A stretch of DNA of 63,059 nucleotides, the filler included, from Octopus bimaculoides (Eukaryota), in assembly GCF_001194135.2 (NCBI RefSeq). It is 4 parts of 4 records of this genome, joined end to end, with 100 filler letters (N's around TTAATTAATTAA, not from the genome) between each part and the next. Parts side by side here need not be neighbours in the genome. Positions count along the whole stretch, not along the records: positions 18,013 to 44,653 come from NC_068983.1; 3 more parts are not named here. One strand, given 5' to 3'. Below, piece by piece: positions 23,722 to 39,000 of this stretch. Numbering within the stretch: position 1 is the first letter of the stretch; each line of letters opens with the position of its first letter. A program made the position numbers and the translations under genes. Below the pieces are notes generated by a model. The model did not search any database, had not been told where the DNA came from, and saw only the letters and a list, made by a program, of their open reading frames with translations.

Positions 23722-25990
23722 ATGATGATTGATGATTGCTTCATCTTGAGAGATGTTAGCCGTCCCATCAACACACACACCACATCCCGTCACACAGTAC
23801 AATCGCTACGTTCATGAGCTCTTAGACGACTTGTAAGGCCAATGCTGACTGGTAGGTTTTAAAACACAAGTGACAGATATTTAAGTTTCTTCTATATATC
23901 TTTGCCATTTGGAATCTGATTCTGAAGGTATATTAGCATATGTCTTTTAAGTCCAGATATTATGTTACAAGTTTTTTCACATGTGACACAAGATGCAAGA
24001 GGTGGTTGGTGTCGAAGACCATTACCTATCTGGGCATTACGGTTTTCATGTGACTTCATATGGTTCATCTATCCTACTTTTGACAACAGAACACGATCAC
24101 ATATAATACGTACCCAATGTTCATTGTTGATTACAGTTCTAATTGTTCCTTTACGACAGGTCCTCTTAAGTTCAGAGTGCTGAATCCTCTTTTCGTCCGA
24201 GGTATTACAACCAGTCCTAACAGCACCTTTCCACTTGTTGCAATCTAGGGCATCATTTACCCCATCACTTTTGTTCATATCTAGTTTCTTCGGGTTTTCC
24301 TTCACACAGTCTGTATACCTTTTCCTCGGCTTATTTTGTGGTCGCTTACCAGAGTTGAGCGCACCATAAAAAAGACGCTTTGGCAAACGATCGTCTTTCA
24401 TTCTAATAACATGCCCAGTCCATCTCATTTGAGCCAAGATAACATGTTGTTCAACTGCGCTGCAACGTGTCATGCACAAAACCTCTGTATCTGGCTGAAA
24501 CATTCCCACGTGACTCCTAAAATACGTCTGAGGCACTTTTGATGAAATTTCTCCAACATTTTACGTGACGCGTATAAGTGGGCAATGTCTCACTTGAATA
24601 AAGAAGTGCAGAAAATACACACGCTTTATAGACACTGATTTTTGGTCTGCAGGGAAATACCTCTATCCGCGCATACTCGCTTTTCGAGCTTTCCAAATGC
24701 AACACGTCCCTTCCCTATTCGATAGTATATCTCTGCATGAAGACTACCATCTCTTGATGAAAGAAAGTATTCCCAACAATCAACCCTAGCTCAGAGCACA
24801 TTTGTAGCAGATGCAGCCCATTGTTGCTCACCTTTCCTATTCCATAATGCCCAAGTACATTCTAAGCACCATAGTCTCTACCAACACGTGCATTAAAGTC
24901 ACCAAGCGCAACCAACTTCTCATTCAAAGGATTGACAGAGTACTTCTTCTAAGCTCCCCATAAAATGCATGAATATTTTCCTCACTAGCTGAAAGTGTAG
25001 GAGCATAGAGAAAACAGTTATAAAACGTCCACAAGCAAGAGGGATCCGGAGTTTCGTTATGTGTGTATTTAGGCTTTGTGGTTGTTCTAGGCCTTTTAGC
25101 AAATCACTTATAATTGCAAACCTAACACCACCATCTCTTTCTCTTCCTTTGGCTTCCTAACCCAGAATAATGTGAAACCTGTCGCTCTTTCGACAAAATG
25201 ATTTTCATCTGAAGACCTTGTTTCAGAAAGAGCTGCAATAACATCATTAAGACGCCTTAGCTCCTTAGTTACTAGAGCTGTTCTTCTTTCAAGCCTACCT
25301 GCTCGATTTAAAAGGGTTCTCATATTCCAACAAGCTAGGTTAAGAGAAACCTTATTCCTTGCATACTTGTTATCATTGTTTATATCAATTCTTTGTTCAT
25401 TCCTGCTAAATTGAACCACCGTTAGTCGCAGTAAACTAATCGGCAGAGAGAGGACAGATGATTTTTAGTGCACCTTTTCTAGCACCTTCCCAGTATATCC
25501 AGGTGAACAATGTTCTCCTTAAAAGGGATGCTCAGACACAGGATTCTCCCCCCGAAAACAGTTCCTGTCCATGAAAACATGTTATCGATATTAAGATAAG
25601 AACCCTGCCGCTTATGTGCAGATTTGTAACTGTATGCTTCCAACTGGCCAAGTCTGCATACGTTGCCACTCTCTGGGTCAAAAGAGTAGATTCCATTGAC
25701 AAGATGACAAGTACTAAGTTGACTGCAGGTTTTATTCTGGAGTACCTTCTTCTAGGCTTTTCCTGAAAAGGATACTGGAAGCCAGCACTGGTAAGTCAAT
25801 TTGAATTCAGAGTTTTATTCTCCTATACTGGTTGTCCTAATCACGGACGGCTTCGTTTCAAAACACGAGCCGAGACTGCCCACATCAACAGTCATGACTT
25901 TGAGAGTGCAGCCAGTTAAGATAATTTCGCTACCAGAACCTGGTTTTATCTCCCTCTCCTAGAAGAATTGCCTTCACCACGGCTAATGAG
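23722..25990 (-). mobile_element. RTE (BovB-like) LINE with both ends present but the RT core deleted
   Basis: LACWNMRTLL...IAALSETR (AP endonuclease); ELGLIVGNTFF joined to KISVYKACVFSALLYSSET, RWTGHVIRMKDDRLPK; C-terminal zinc-finger remnant and short CAT/CAAT repeat tail. Confidence 0.9.
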
Positions 25991-26219
25991 CCTCATCTTC
26001 CACCACAACAAAATATATACATATGTAAACATTTAAAAAAATAATATATAGATAAAATTTACAATTTTTAGAATTTTAAAGTGTTTTTTTTTTAATAAAA
26101 ATAAATACATACATAGATAAATAAATAAATTTACAATTAAAGCTATAAGTAAAATAAAATAGAATAAAAAGATATAAATAAATATAGATAAATAAAAGAT
26201 ATATAAAAATAATATATAT

Positions 26220-26990
26220 ACAGGAGTGGCTGTGTGGTAAGTAGCTTGCTTAACAACCACATGGTCCCGGGTTCAGTCCCACTGCGTGGCACCTTGGGCA
26301 AGTGTCTTCTACTATAGCCTCGGGCCGACCAAAGCCTTGTGAGTGGATTTGGTAGACGGAAACTGAAAGAAGCCCGTCGTATATATGTATATATATATAT
26401 GTATGTGTGTATGTGTTTGTGTGTCTGTGTTTGTTCCCCCAACATCGCTTGACAACCGATGTTGGTGAGTTTATGTCCCCGTAACTTAGCGGTTCGGCAA
26501 AAGAGACCGATAGAATAAGTACTAGGCTTGTAAAGAATAAGTCCTGGGGTCGATTTGCTCGACTAAAGGCGGTGCTCCAGCATGGCCACAGTCAAAAGAC
26601 TGAAACAAGNNNNNNNNNNNNNNNNNNNNNNNNNNNNNNNNNNNNNNNNNNNNNNNNNNNNNNNNNNNNNNNNNNNNNNNNNNNNNNNNNNNNNNNNNNN
26701 NNNNNNNNNNNNNNNNNNNNNNNNNNNNNNNNNNNNNNNNNNNNNNNNNNNNNNNNNNNNNNNNNNNNNNNNNNNNNNNNNNNNNNNNNNNNNNNNNNNN
26801 NTACAGGAGTGGCTGTGTGGTAAGTAGCTTGCTTAACAACCACATGGTCCCGGGTTCAGTCCCACTGCGTGGCACCTTGGGCAAGTGTCTTCTACTATAG
26901 CCTCGGGCCGACCAAAGCCTTGTGAGTGGATTTGGTAGACGGAAACTGAAAGAAGCCCGTCGTATATATGTATATATATATATGTATGTA
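26220..26990 (+). mobile_element. Young SINE family B: full copy 26220-26609 and near-identical head 26802-26990 across a gap
   Basis: Complete head, body and ggcggtgctccagcatggccacagtc tail; the second head shares private variants with the first. Confidence 0.92.
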
Positions 26991-29900
26991 TATGCGTACA
27001 AAAACATGTATGTCACAATGTTGCTCCTCATATGATGGTTTGAAAGGAAAGTGAAGTGTACTTTTGCTCCCATGGGTAATTGGACTGAAGTTATATCATA
27101 AGTATTCTTTGTGCGCCATATTTCTAGCTATTACTCGTGGTAGCAAAGCATATTAATATTATTGTAGCGATATCTTTATTTTGAACAGTTTGCTAAAATA
27201 TGTTAAGTTACCGAATGCCTTGTGATTAATGCAAATATGTTTGCCAAAAAACAGCTTAATTGAAAAGCGCTTTTTTTTTTCAGCTGCATCCAACAACTTG
27301 GTTAGATACCTCTTTTTCTGCTCCACTTTCTCCTAAATATTTTATTTCTTTTATTTCTTTTACTCGTATTCTCAGTGTATTGCGTTCTCTTACTTATTTC
27401 TTCAACCTGCATCTCATATGTTTAGCTTTGTATCTCTGTATCTCCCCACAATTTCAATGCCATGGAAACCTTGACTTTAGAAATCATTCAACGATCCAAC
27501 CAACAACATCTATATCGGCTATTATTAAATCTGCTTTTTTTACGTATAAATACATATATATGTCTACATATACATACACACACACGCATATATACATATA
27601 TATATATATATATANNNNNNNNNNNNNNNNNNNNNNNNNNNNNNNNNNNNNNNNNNNNNNNNNNNNNNNNNNNNNNNNNNNNNNNNNNNNNNNNNNNNNN
27701 NNNNNNNNNNNNNNNNNNNNNNNNNNNNNNNNNNNNNNNNNNNNNNNNNNNNNNNNNNNNNNNNNNNNNNNNNNNNNNNNNNNNNNNNNNNNNNNNNNNN
27801 NNNNNNNNNNNNNNNNNNNNNNNNNNNNNNNNNNNNNNNNNNNNNNNNNNNNNNNNNNNNNNNNNNNNNNNNNNNNNNNNNNNNNNNNNNNNNNNNNNNN
27901 NNNNNNNNNNNNNNNNNNNNNNNNNNNNNNNNNNNNNNNNNNNNNNNNNNNNNNNNNNNNNNNNNNNNNNNNNNNNNNNNNNNNNNNNNNNNNNNNNNNN
28001 NNNNNNNNNNNNNNNNNNNNNNNNNNNNNNNNNNNNNNNNNNNNNNNNNNNNNNNNNNNNNNNNNNNNNNNNNNNNNNNNNNNNNNNNNNNNNNNNNNNN
28101 NNNNNNNNNNNNNNNNNNNNNNNNNNNNNNNNNNNNNNNNNNNNNNNNNNNNNNNNNNNNNNNNNNNNNNNNNNNNNNNNNNNNNNNNNNNNNNNNNNNN
28201 NNNNNNNNNNNNNNNNNNNNNNNNNNNNNNNNNNNNNNNNNNNNNNNNNNNNNNNNNNNNNNNNNNNNNNNNNNNNNNNNNNNNNNNNNNNNNNNNNNNN
28301 NNNNNNNNNNNNNNNNNNNNNNNNNNNNNNNNNNNNNNNNNNNNNNNNNNNNNNNNNNNNNNNNNNNNNNNNNNNNNNNNNNNNNNNNNNNNNNNNNNNN
28401 NNNNNNNNNNNNNNNNNNNNNNNNNNNNNNNNNNNNNNNNNNNNNNNNNNNNNNNNNNNNNNNNNNNNNNNNNNNNNNNNNNNNNNNNNNNNNNNNNNNN
28501 NNNNTATATATATATATATATATTATTGACGTCCTAAGTATTTATAAACTTTCGCAAAACCTTGAAATAATTTTGTTTTTGTAAATGGATCTCGAAGCAC
28601 ATGTAAAGCTTATAAATAATAGCGCGCATAATTTGGACTGAGAAATCGTTCTAGATTGAAAATATCGAAGACTGCACATGCGGCTCGGACACACATTTTC
28701 TGTAGTCATAATGGCGTTAATAGATTTAACTGTTACAAGGCCTAACTGAGGGTGAAGGGAAACAGATGATTGGTGTTAATACATGGATCATTTTGCACTT
28801 GCTTGATGCTCCCCACTGTATAACCTTTGTACATTCCTCAAACAACAGCGCAGCTCAGCCACTACATAACACGGCCATAACATAAATATCTTATAATATT
28901 CGATAGAAACAACGCAAAAGTTATTTATACCTGCACAAATACACGAAACACTCCATACAAGCTCTAAACAACATCATACCAAAGAATACACAGCGTAATC
29001 TTTAAACTTTTTCATGTAAGTGCACCAGAGTAAGGACAAAGCATTTGTATGAAAACTGTTCGCAAACAAATGTACACTGTAACAAAGAATATCCCAATCT
29101 GGACAAATCGAAGAACACTACATTGTCGCCACAGATGGAAGATTAAAATACAGATATACATTGCATACACTTATTCTGGAACCCATCCAATACAAACGTG
29201 TCGTTTCTCTCTAAGCGTACCAGGAGCTAAATAAAACACAATCGAAAGAAAAGATGACGAATGATAGACTGCGCACCATTGTACATATATGTATTTGGCA
29301 TCTGTCCATAATGTACAATAGAGAAATGCCACCTAATCACACAAGGCACACATTTTATATACTGAAAAATGTGGGCTAGAGGGTGGCATCAAGCAAATAT
29401 TCACTAATGTCAAAAATAAAGCACAAACGGAAGTGTATATACCTGATTTCTTCATCAGCTACTAAACAGAAATCACCACTATTTTGGTACTTTGAATAAT
29501 ATTGTTTGTTTCAACGGCACCTACAATTTATTTGAACATTTATTACTCACTGATGTGCGGACGAAAAACAAATGAGGATGAAAACAATTGGCATGCAATA
29601 TTTGTGTATAGCATGTCTAATTTAAAATAATGTAATCATCATTCTTGGAGTTTTTAATACTAGGTATAATTTCTTAAAATTCCAATTGTACACAACAAAC
29701 TCTCTGTATGATTTTATAGTAGGTGTACGCTCTATTCACTTTCGATACTGGTATAATTTTGTGTACAACCTATTCTCTAGGGCAGTGTTCTGAGAGAATG
29801 TAGACTATGTTATGAAATATTCCTTTTAAGCTCAACTGGTAAGCCTGCAAATCATAAAATAAATCATAAATTGTATTTACTATTGTAAATTGATCATAAC

Positions 29901-30755
29901 ATATAATCACGTAAACATATATATGGTGAAAATTAAAAAAAAAACTAACTTCGTCTTGTTTCATTTCCCTTCAGCTCTCACAAAGGACTTCTGCAAATAA
30001 AGCTTCCTATAAGCCAAAAACTACAACTAATTTCGATAACTAAGGCAGAAAAAATTACGGTCGGACGTACTCATATAACAGTCTCGGTGAAAATTCTTTT
30101 ATCGTACGTGTTTCGATAAGGATTGACCTGGTGCTGAACAATATTACAGTTTGTTTATTTGTTTTACTGTGACATAAAATACGTTCTAATTAAGTAAATA
30201 TCCAGTACCAATTCGTTCCAGGGTTGAATATCCGTTACTTATGAAATACACTCCAGTTTATCTAATCTCATACGGAGATTAATAATCATGTGCTTTATTA
30301 ATCTTCATGACGGTTATTAATTTTTTTTTTACTCACGCCTATTGTTGGGCTCAATATCAAACCAAGTAACACATATTTTCTTTAACAATAACTCATTACC
30401 TCAGCTTCTTTCTGCAACGAATTTTCCAAGTAGGGCGCAGGTGGTTGAGGAAGAGTTTTTAAACAATTTAATTAGATGAAGATAGGAAGCGTCGATGAGT
30501 AGTTTTAGAGTGTAAGGAAACGGTGAGAGGTAAAAAAGAAGCTACTCTCAAAATGCAGACCTGACAAGAAGCTTATAAAATAGCTGATCCCACAAGAAAC
30601 ACAACGCCAAAGTTGTAGTGTTAGACACTACGAGGGTTAAATATCCCGAGCCTTCATAAAATGTATGTTGATAGAGTTGGCTCTATCTGCATTGACTTCA
30701 AATTACAAATTATGTTTTTCTAACTTTCTCACCTTCTTTTTCTATTAGTTCCTTT

Positions 30756-32221
30756 GGCAGAATTATGATGTAAGCACGTACTAAAACCCCTCATAATTTT
30801 TTTTGTTTTTACGGATTAAAAATTTTTTTTTGTTTTCGATTTTGGAAATTAATACTATAATGAAAAAAAAATTTAATCCCCACCATCACTTCCAAAACTG
30901 TCCACTGTTTTTCCATTTGTTTTTAATTCGTGGTTTTAAAATACGGACCGTCCAAATCTACCATCCGTTTTTGTTTATAATTTCCAAATAAAACTTTTAA
31001 ATACTTCAAAATCAAAATTGCGTAAATATGTATACTGATATTTTTATGCGTGCTAAGAACAGTTAAAAATTAAAGAAATAGATTTTTGGGAGGTCTCTTA
31101 TAACTAATTTTTATTCCATTATTCTAATATCTTCTGAAAATTATACATTTACATATAAATATACATATACATATAAATGCATACAGAAACATATAAATAT
31201 ATACACACACTTATACATGTTTACAGTAATATATAAATTAATACGATTATGCAAATAAGAAAAGCTTTCCACTTTGGATACTTGTAATCGCCGTAACTGA
31301 CGGTGTGCTAGTTTTTATGTGTGTATGTGCGTGTATAAAGATATAATTAAAACAATACGTATACACCCACATATGTATACACACACACACACACACACAC
31401 ACANNNNNNNNNNNNNNNNNNNNNNNNNNNNNNNNNNNNNNNNNNNNNNNNNNNNNNNNNNNNNNNNNNNNNNNNNNNNNNNNNNNNNNNNNNNNNNNNN
31501 NNNNNNNNNNNNATATATACAACAAACGTAATGGTATGAATTTTCTAAAACTCCTTTAGGGACTAATGGCTTTCACAATGAATTCCAATTTAATCGGAAT
31601 CTACACGATCTGAAATATATTTGTAGAAAATTTCATAAAGAAATATTAATTTTCTCAAGGTTATGAAGAAGCAAATCGTTGGCGGTACAATTGTGTAGAT
31701 ATGTCGAAATTGTTATATATATACGAGAATGTGTATCAAACTCTGTAAAAATGTATGAGTATATGTATATATCTATATATGTTTCTGTATGCATTTATAC
31801 ATGTATATGCATAAGCTTCTGAAGATATTAGAATAATGGAATAAAAGTCAATCATAATAAGAGATCCGCCCAAAATCTATTTCCTTAATTTTTAACTACT
31901 GTTTCTAGCACGCATAAAAGCATGTACACAATTTTGATTTTGAAGTATTTAAAATATTATTTGGAAATTATAAAGAGAAACGAATGGTAGATTCAGATTG
32001 TCCGTATTATAAAACCATGACTTAAACAAAATATATATATAAAAACAGTGGAAAGTTTTGAAATATTTGGGGTGTGGGGGATGAGATTACTATTATTTTC
32101 TTTTTTCATAATCGTATTAATTCCATTATGCAGAAGACAGAATCGAAGATATTTTTTAAAACTTCGTAAAAATAAAAAAGTTATGAGAGGGTTTAGCATG
32201 TGCTTACACCATGGCTCCGCC
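30756..32221. mobile_element. Long foldback element with ~470 bp diverged inverted arms
   Basis: 30756-31226 pairs with 31743-32221 (e.g. aaatacttcaaaatcaaaattg / caattttgattttgaagtattt; tgtaagcac / gtgcttaca). Confidence 0.8.
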
Positions 32222-32549
32222 GTTCCTTTATATATGAGTGTGGTGTGTCTGTGTATGCATACACATATATATATATAGATATGCACGCACACTAACACTA
32301 ATAAACCGGGAAGAAGTTTATTTTATTAAGTCAAGGTATTTGTGAATATGTAAATAACTTTCTAGTATGTTCTTATTTTTACAGGTATGATTATCGTTTT
32401 CAAGTTGTATATTACTCTTATACGTGCATCATTATTCACAAATACCAAGTTTTGACCATAAGATACTGTTTCCAGTTTCACAGTTCTTAATAATAGGCTG
32501 AAGTTTCTTCGGTCTGTAAATGACGATAAAAAGGATAATATAAAGGAAG

Positions 32550-33050
32550 AACATGTATTTTATAAAATATTAGTGAATTAAATAAGAGTTATAGCTGATA
32601 AACAGAGGAAAGAACTTAAGAAGGGATTCCTTTGAATTATTACTGCCAGATTTACTGAGATACAACCAGAGAGAATACAACCAATTTTAGTGTGTAAATC
32701 TGAGAGAAGATAAGGTACCACCGAAAAGTTAAATACAGTGGAATTTGTCTGTAGCGTGTATACAAGAAATGGAGATTAGACTTTATCACCAGTGAAGATC
32801 TGAAAATTATATTAACAGAAGTGTGATCGATTACTCATTTATCATGCATAACTCTTATATAGCTTGAAGTGCTTGGTTTGCATTGTTTGAAGTAGACGAT
32901 AGATAAATCATTTTCTACAACTGAAGCTCGTTTGTTGCATGTAGCCCATATAGCTATCATCAATATTTAGGCGAAGTGGAGCCATGAAAGAAAATATTTT
33001 CATACTACAAGCACCATAAATTTACCATTTGGTTGAAACATACTTCAATG
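32550..33050 (-). mobile_element. Possible highly decayed Penelope-like RT fragment
   Basis: Minus-strand remnants resembling YIDD (NIDD), TD.HC.LNFS and HTK; many stops and frameshifts. Confidence 0.3.
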
Positions 33051-36000
33051 TGAGTGAAGAGTGATACATTAATATTTCTATCATTTAACTAATAGTATTT
33101 GATGCATAAGTATCTTAATTAATGTGAGCAATGTTTTCCTAAAATATAATGAGAACTGTTTGCATATAAAGTTCAATACTGATGAAAATTATTAATTATC
33201 GAATTTAGTATTATGAATCTGTCGACGTATTTAAGTAAATAGGGAACTCAGTAAAACATTTCTAATTTGCCCTCTAAAATATTTGAGACGTGATAATATA
33301 AGTGTTAGATGCCTTCAGGAGAGATTTTTATATACAATAACAGATTCATCTGTGAAGAAAGACATTCAATACTGAGCCTAATAAGGTACCGGCCTATTGT
33401 TTTAAAGAAAATGGATTAGCAAACATTTTAAACACCTAAACATATAAAAATTCTGACATCCAATAATAACGGAGGTAATTTGTAATTTCTTCCAATTGAG
33501 ATCTATAAAATAAATGTTATTAGTGTACTGTGAATGAATCTATTCGCCTCTATGTGTGGATTGGTAATTACGCAATACTTTTATGTAACATTCCATCATA
33601 CGAGAAAGGCATTCAATATATTTCAACAAATCGTCAGAATTACACTATAGGCATCCACACAACATTAATTTTCTATGCGATAACATTAATAAGGATTAGA
33701 CAATGGTGAAAATTGGTGAATACATTATACTCGTTTATCGCATTTATAACGCGAATGATTTAAAATACTTACGCGGAGTTTATTCACTCATCTTCCATCA
33801 ATTTTTTCATATTAAATCAGACGGAGATTTATATATATATATATATNNNNNNNNNNNNNNNNNNNNNNNNNNNNNNNNNNNNNNNNNNNNNNNNNNNNNN
33901 NNNNNNNNNNNNNNNNNNNNNNNNNNNNNNNNNNNNNNNNNNNTATACGTGTATGTGTGTATGTATATATATATACGTGTGTGTGTGTATGTGTATATAT
34001 ATAAGCATATATGTTTGTGTTTATAGGTGATTACATACACACATACATGCATATATACATATAGATATATTGTATATGTGTCCAGAAACTATCACACCAT
34101 TGATACTTAAAATGAGCAATTGACTGGAACACTATTCCGAACAATCTCCTACATGTAATTATATTGCATGAGCATTTGAAACGATCATGTCAAAAATAAA
34201 TGTATTGGCTTCAATTAAACTACACAGACAAACACACATGCCCCTTCTCTTTCCCTCTCATACGTATATATACATTTATTTATGCCCATAATATATAATA
34301 CCAATTAATATCTCCCTTGTCTTACTTGATTCTTTCTACCTTTCTGTTATGTAATTGAAATGTGAAGCGAAAAAGTATTAACTGTGCTGAGATGTATGGG
34401 AGACAATGAAAGAAAATATTATGTAGTGGTCAATTAGATGCATAAATATATTGTAGGGTGATTGACTGTGGAAGAATAAATGCGTGACAGCGAAGTAGTC
34501 ACAGTTCAGTCAGCAGGTGAGGTAAGTATTGGGGTAAGCAAGAACAGAGAGTGAAATACAGGGAAAGATGAGAGAAAAAATAAAAGAACAGACAGTGAGA
34601 ACATGAGAGGAGAAGTAGAGAGGAAAGACAGTGAATGCAAGAGAGGAAAATGGAAAGAAGATAGATAGTATCCTACAATAGAAAGGGTTATTTAGATAGG
34701 TAAACGTGATAAAATAAGTGATGAGAAAACAGAAATCACTAATGAAGGAGAGAAAGCGAGAGAGAGAAATAGTGGGAAAGAGAACGAGAGAGGGGGAGAG
34801 ATGGAAGTGCCAGAAATAGGTATTACAAAAAGGGATTGATTAGGTAAATAAGCATAGATGGGAGATAAACGGTATTAAAGAGAGTAAAATACTAAGATTA
34901 CAGCCACAAAATAAATGGTATGAAAGGGGAGAGGGTAATGAAATATAGATGTGTGAGAGATGTATGTAGGTAGAAAGACACATAGATGAAAAGATAGACA
35001 TTAAAAGAAATGTATGAAGAAACAGACTAGTGAAGTATTGAGTATAATAAAGAAAACGAATGGAGTGACGAGACAAGAATAAAGATGCGAAGACACAAGT
35101 TTTCAAATGCACAACAGACAATAGCAAGTTAAATACGCAAAGAAATATCAGTAAGCAAAATAATTTAAGAAAGTGAATACCAGGGAGAAGCCGAATCTTA
35201 TTTGAGCTGAATGCTTTTTGCGGACCTCAGAGGAGAGGAGATGCCGACAAACAAGGGACATAAGAAGAGACACATGTAATGTTCAAGGTAAAAGGCAAAT
35301 GTTGGAATAATTGAAAAACGAGAAAAATAAAAACATAAGGACAGAATGCAACAAGGCTTCAAGCAGAAGGAGCAAGAATTACTAATAGACAGAAATAAAG
35401 CATCATTTTTGTCCGGTGCTATATTAAGTATCATATATGCCCGTGTTTATGATGTTTTTTCATATGAACATATACTTATATGCATATAAGTGTAGATATA
35501 TCCACTCAACTTCTAAATGTTATGCTTTCTGAGATTCACAATTGAATATTTATTCAATCACGCCTACAGATTTACATATGTGTCAATATAACGTATATTC
35601 TTTCATGAGTTTACGTAAATAATACATATATTCCTCTAAATAATATTTGAATATTTAACATAAAAGGATAAAAGGAATAATACAAATGGATATTGGGCGT
35701 AAAAGAAGCTTTTGAAACTATATGACACTGTTATCATTAATCTGTATAATGTGACACAGACACACACACGTACAAGCACACACACACACACACACACAAA
35801 CAAACACACACGCACACACACACATACGTACATACATAATATACACAAATGAAATACATTGAACCTTTGGTGCAATAAATAACTAGTGTAAAAATTATAG
35901 AGAAAATATTTATTGAGAGAATGTCAATTACGCATAATGTTATGATATACTTTTTAATATTATTTTTTAAATATATATGCAAATTTTATATTAACAAAAT

Positions 36001-39000
36001 GAAGTGCTCACTGAGATTCTCTTAAAATTATAATGTAGTGTATGAGAGATGCCATTTAATAAAACGTACTATTTACCAGCAAAATTCTAAACCTGATTAC
36101 TGATGTAATTTGTAGCTAGAAACCTGTTTTCTGAAAATTGAGCTGTTTCATTTACTGCAAATTTTATTTTAAATCCAAAATATTATCTTAACATAACCGC
36201 TTTTCCAATCTCTATTTTGTGCATTTAATAATAAAAAATACTCCAATGCTCTCTGATTGTACAACCTTCATTATTCTTTCCACAAAAGCAACAAGAATAA
36301 GATAAAAAATATTAAAAAGTATGAAAACGATTCAAAGTCAAACACTTTTGGCATTCATTTTCATATCAGTAGCCTAGTTTATGTATAGTACTTTCTTTTA
36401 TTTAATACGCAATTATTAAGAATTTAGAAAATTTGTCTTGTACGTATTGACAAATGTCGGTTCAAAAGACACACATATACGTTTACAAAGACGGACGCAC
36501 GCACGCACACACACATTCACAATTACACACGCACACACACATGTATATGTATAACTTGATGCGGTGGGAAAGTAAAATAAGACAATGAAATATACTATGT
36601 TCATTGTTGAGTTGCGATTTATATCAAAAGATACTGTTTGCAAAAGGAATTGTCTTAATCGTGGGATATGAGGATTATTCAACTGTTCATTGTGGAAATC
36701 AATTTATATTTCATCTAAAGTGGAAGAAATATTAAAATATTCTTCGCTTATCTAAAGTGTATTGAATTATAGACAAGAAATTTTGAATTCCTTTTGTTCA
36801 CAGAAGTAAGTGCTTTTTAACTACATAGTCGACTAATTTCATACTTTCATTCAAGCGCATACAATAGGAGTACTACATATTTTGTATTAGGCATTTTGGC
36901 ATGGAAAATTGTATAAAGTTACATTCAAATATTCACGAAAGAACTGTTGATGACAGTTAAATAGCTTAAATTCTAAAACCCAAACTCTGTCATCTATTTA
37001 AGAGATAATAGTTGTATTTATTCCAACAAGTCTGACCGAAATGGTAGTGGTACTAATCCGCGATGATATTTGGTGTTGATACGCTTTGATATTATCTGTC
37101 GTCTCAGGTAAATATATATCATACTTCTAATAACAAGTTATTAATTCATAGTAATATGATTTGTGTAATATATGCATAAAACAATTAAACAGAATGGTTG
37201 AATAATTGTGCAGACATCAGCGCATTCCTTTACCAATGCATAAACTTTAAGTGGAACACACCCAAAACACTGTGCTCAGTATAATGAAATATAACATACT
37301 GACTCTCACTCCGTAGACAATTGAATGTTGATACTATTTAAGGTTTTCATCACATGATAACAGTAGCAAAATATAATGAAACTGCAGAGAAATTCTGTTT
37401 TACATTTTGTCATAACGTCGTCATTGCCGCATTGAGTACGTTAGCAATGAAAATCAACCAGAATTAGAATATTCGATTGTTTTAGCTAAGCGAGGGAAAT
37501 CACGGTTCTAGTTTCGGTGTTATTAATAATAACAATATAAACTGTAATTCAGAAAATCTAATTATGAAATCGCAAACATATTTGTTTCTAAAGATGAGTA
37601 CGTCTAAAAGACAGTCTTGTATATATTAGCTACCAAACTTAAAATAGATTTTACCTCTAATCAACTAAGGCAGTTTCAGAAATATAATAAATATTTCCTA
37701 CGAAGTATCTCATTTCTTTTACTTGAGTTTCATAATGATATTATTCCTTGTAATTTTGGTAACTAAAGCATGCGAGAAAAAGATGAAAACACTGTGAGAG
37801 GCAGTAGAATAAAAACAAAGTAAAAATCACCAAAGGAGAGCAATAATCTAAGTGGAAAGTAAGAGATATATAGCAGAATATGATGGAGAGTTTCATGCGA
37901 AATGAAATACTGAAATTGATGAAGATTGGCAAATAGATGAAATTAATGAAAGGGATATAAGGGCAAAACAAAAATAAAAAAATATAAAAGGCATACGAGA
38001 GATGACAAGAAGAGATAAATACATTCAGAGAGAAAAAATTATTCAGTGATAACATTTACAATTAAGGCAGAACTGTAGAGTATTAAATATAAGATAAAAA
38101 GACAAAATATTACATTGATACCCGGAAATATAATTTGAAATTCTGAATAAACAATTGGTAAAATCGACATTAGTCTGATAATAAAATCAGTTCTGGGACA
38201 TTTAGAAATTGATGTCCTCACAATCTAATCAACATAAAGAAGCATTGTCTAAATTCGTAATTTTTCCGCATGAGTAGTATACAGAGCGAATTTCGTTTCT
38301 GTACAGTTGTTCAGCCTTATTGATCTAATAAAAGAACACATTTCTAAAACCATAACAAGCTGGATGAACAAATAAGAATCCATATTAATAAAGGCAGGTC
38401 ACTTCGTGGCAAATATTTCTCAAGTCGGTTCCGAAAATTTTATGAACCAATTGTTTGTTATTTTAGAGTTAAGCCATTGAAATAAGCAAGAGGAATAAAG
38501 AAACAGAATACATTATTAAAATAATGACTGATTATTAATATTCTTGAAATATCAGTCAGGCGTTGAGACAGATACTTGTGCAGGCAATATGAAAGTTATG
38601 ATATATGGAAAATAGAGGTCTTGTGACGTTCTTCCGGATGTTGTATGTTTATATAGGATAGAAAGTTACTAAACGCTTCTGTTTTGTCGTCCATATGATT
38701 AATCATATTCGTTATTGCTGCCCAATGTCTCTCATACTAAATGATCAATAACTATCTTCTTATTGAAATTTATCTCCTTTTATTATCTCTCGTCTAATTA
38801 TATCACATCAATATCATTTCAATTTCAGCATTATGATTACAAATTTTGTACTGATGGAGAGAGTCTTTCTCCCAGTATTATTTTTATTAATTTACAGTCA
38901 TATATACGTCGATATTACGATATTATTGGGTGAAATTATAATTTAATTATTTGTGTGAAGAAGTAATTACAAAAGATAGTAGTTCAATTCAGTCTCCACA

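Noticed and set aside
25940-26002. Possible HDV-like ribozyme at the RTE 5' end
   Set aside because: Could not map the P1/P1.1/L3 pattern by eye.
26802-26990. Tandem duplication of a SINE B head
   Set aside because: Near-identical to 26220-26400 across a gap; likely assembly redundancy.
29545-29575. CUGAUG...GACGAAA
   Set aside because: A9 missing and no stems I or III.
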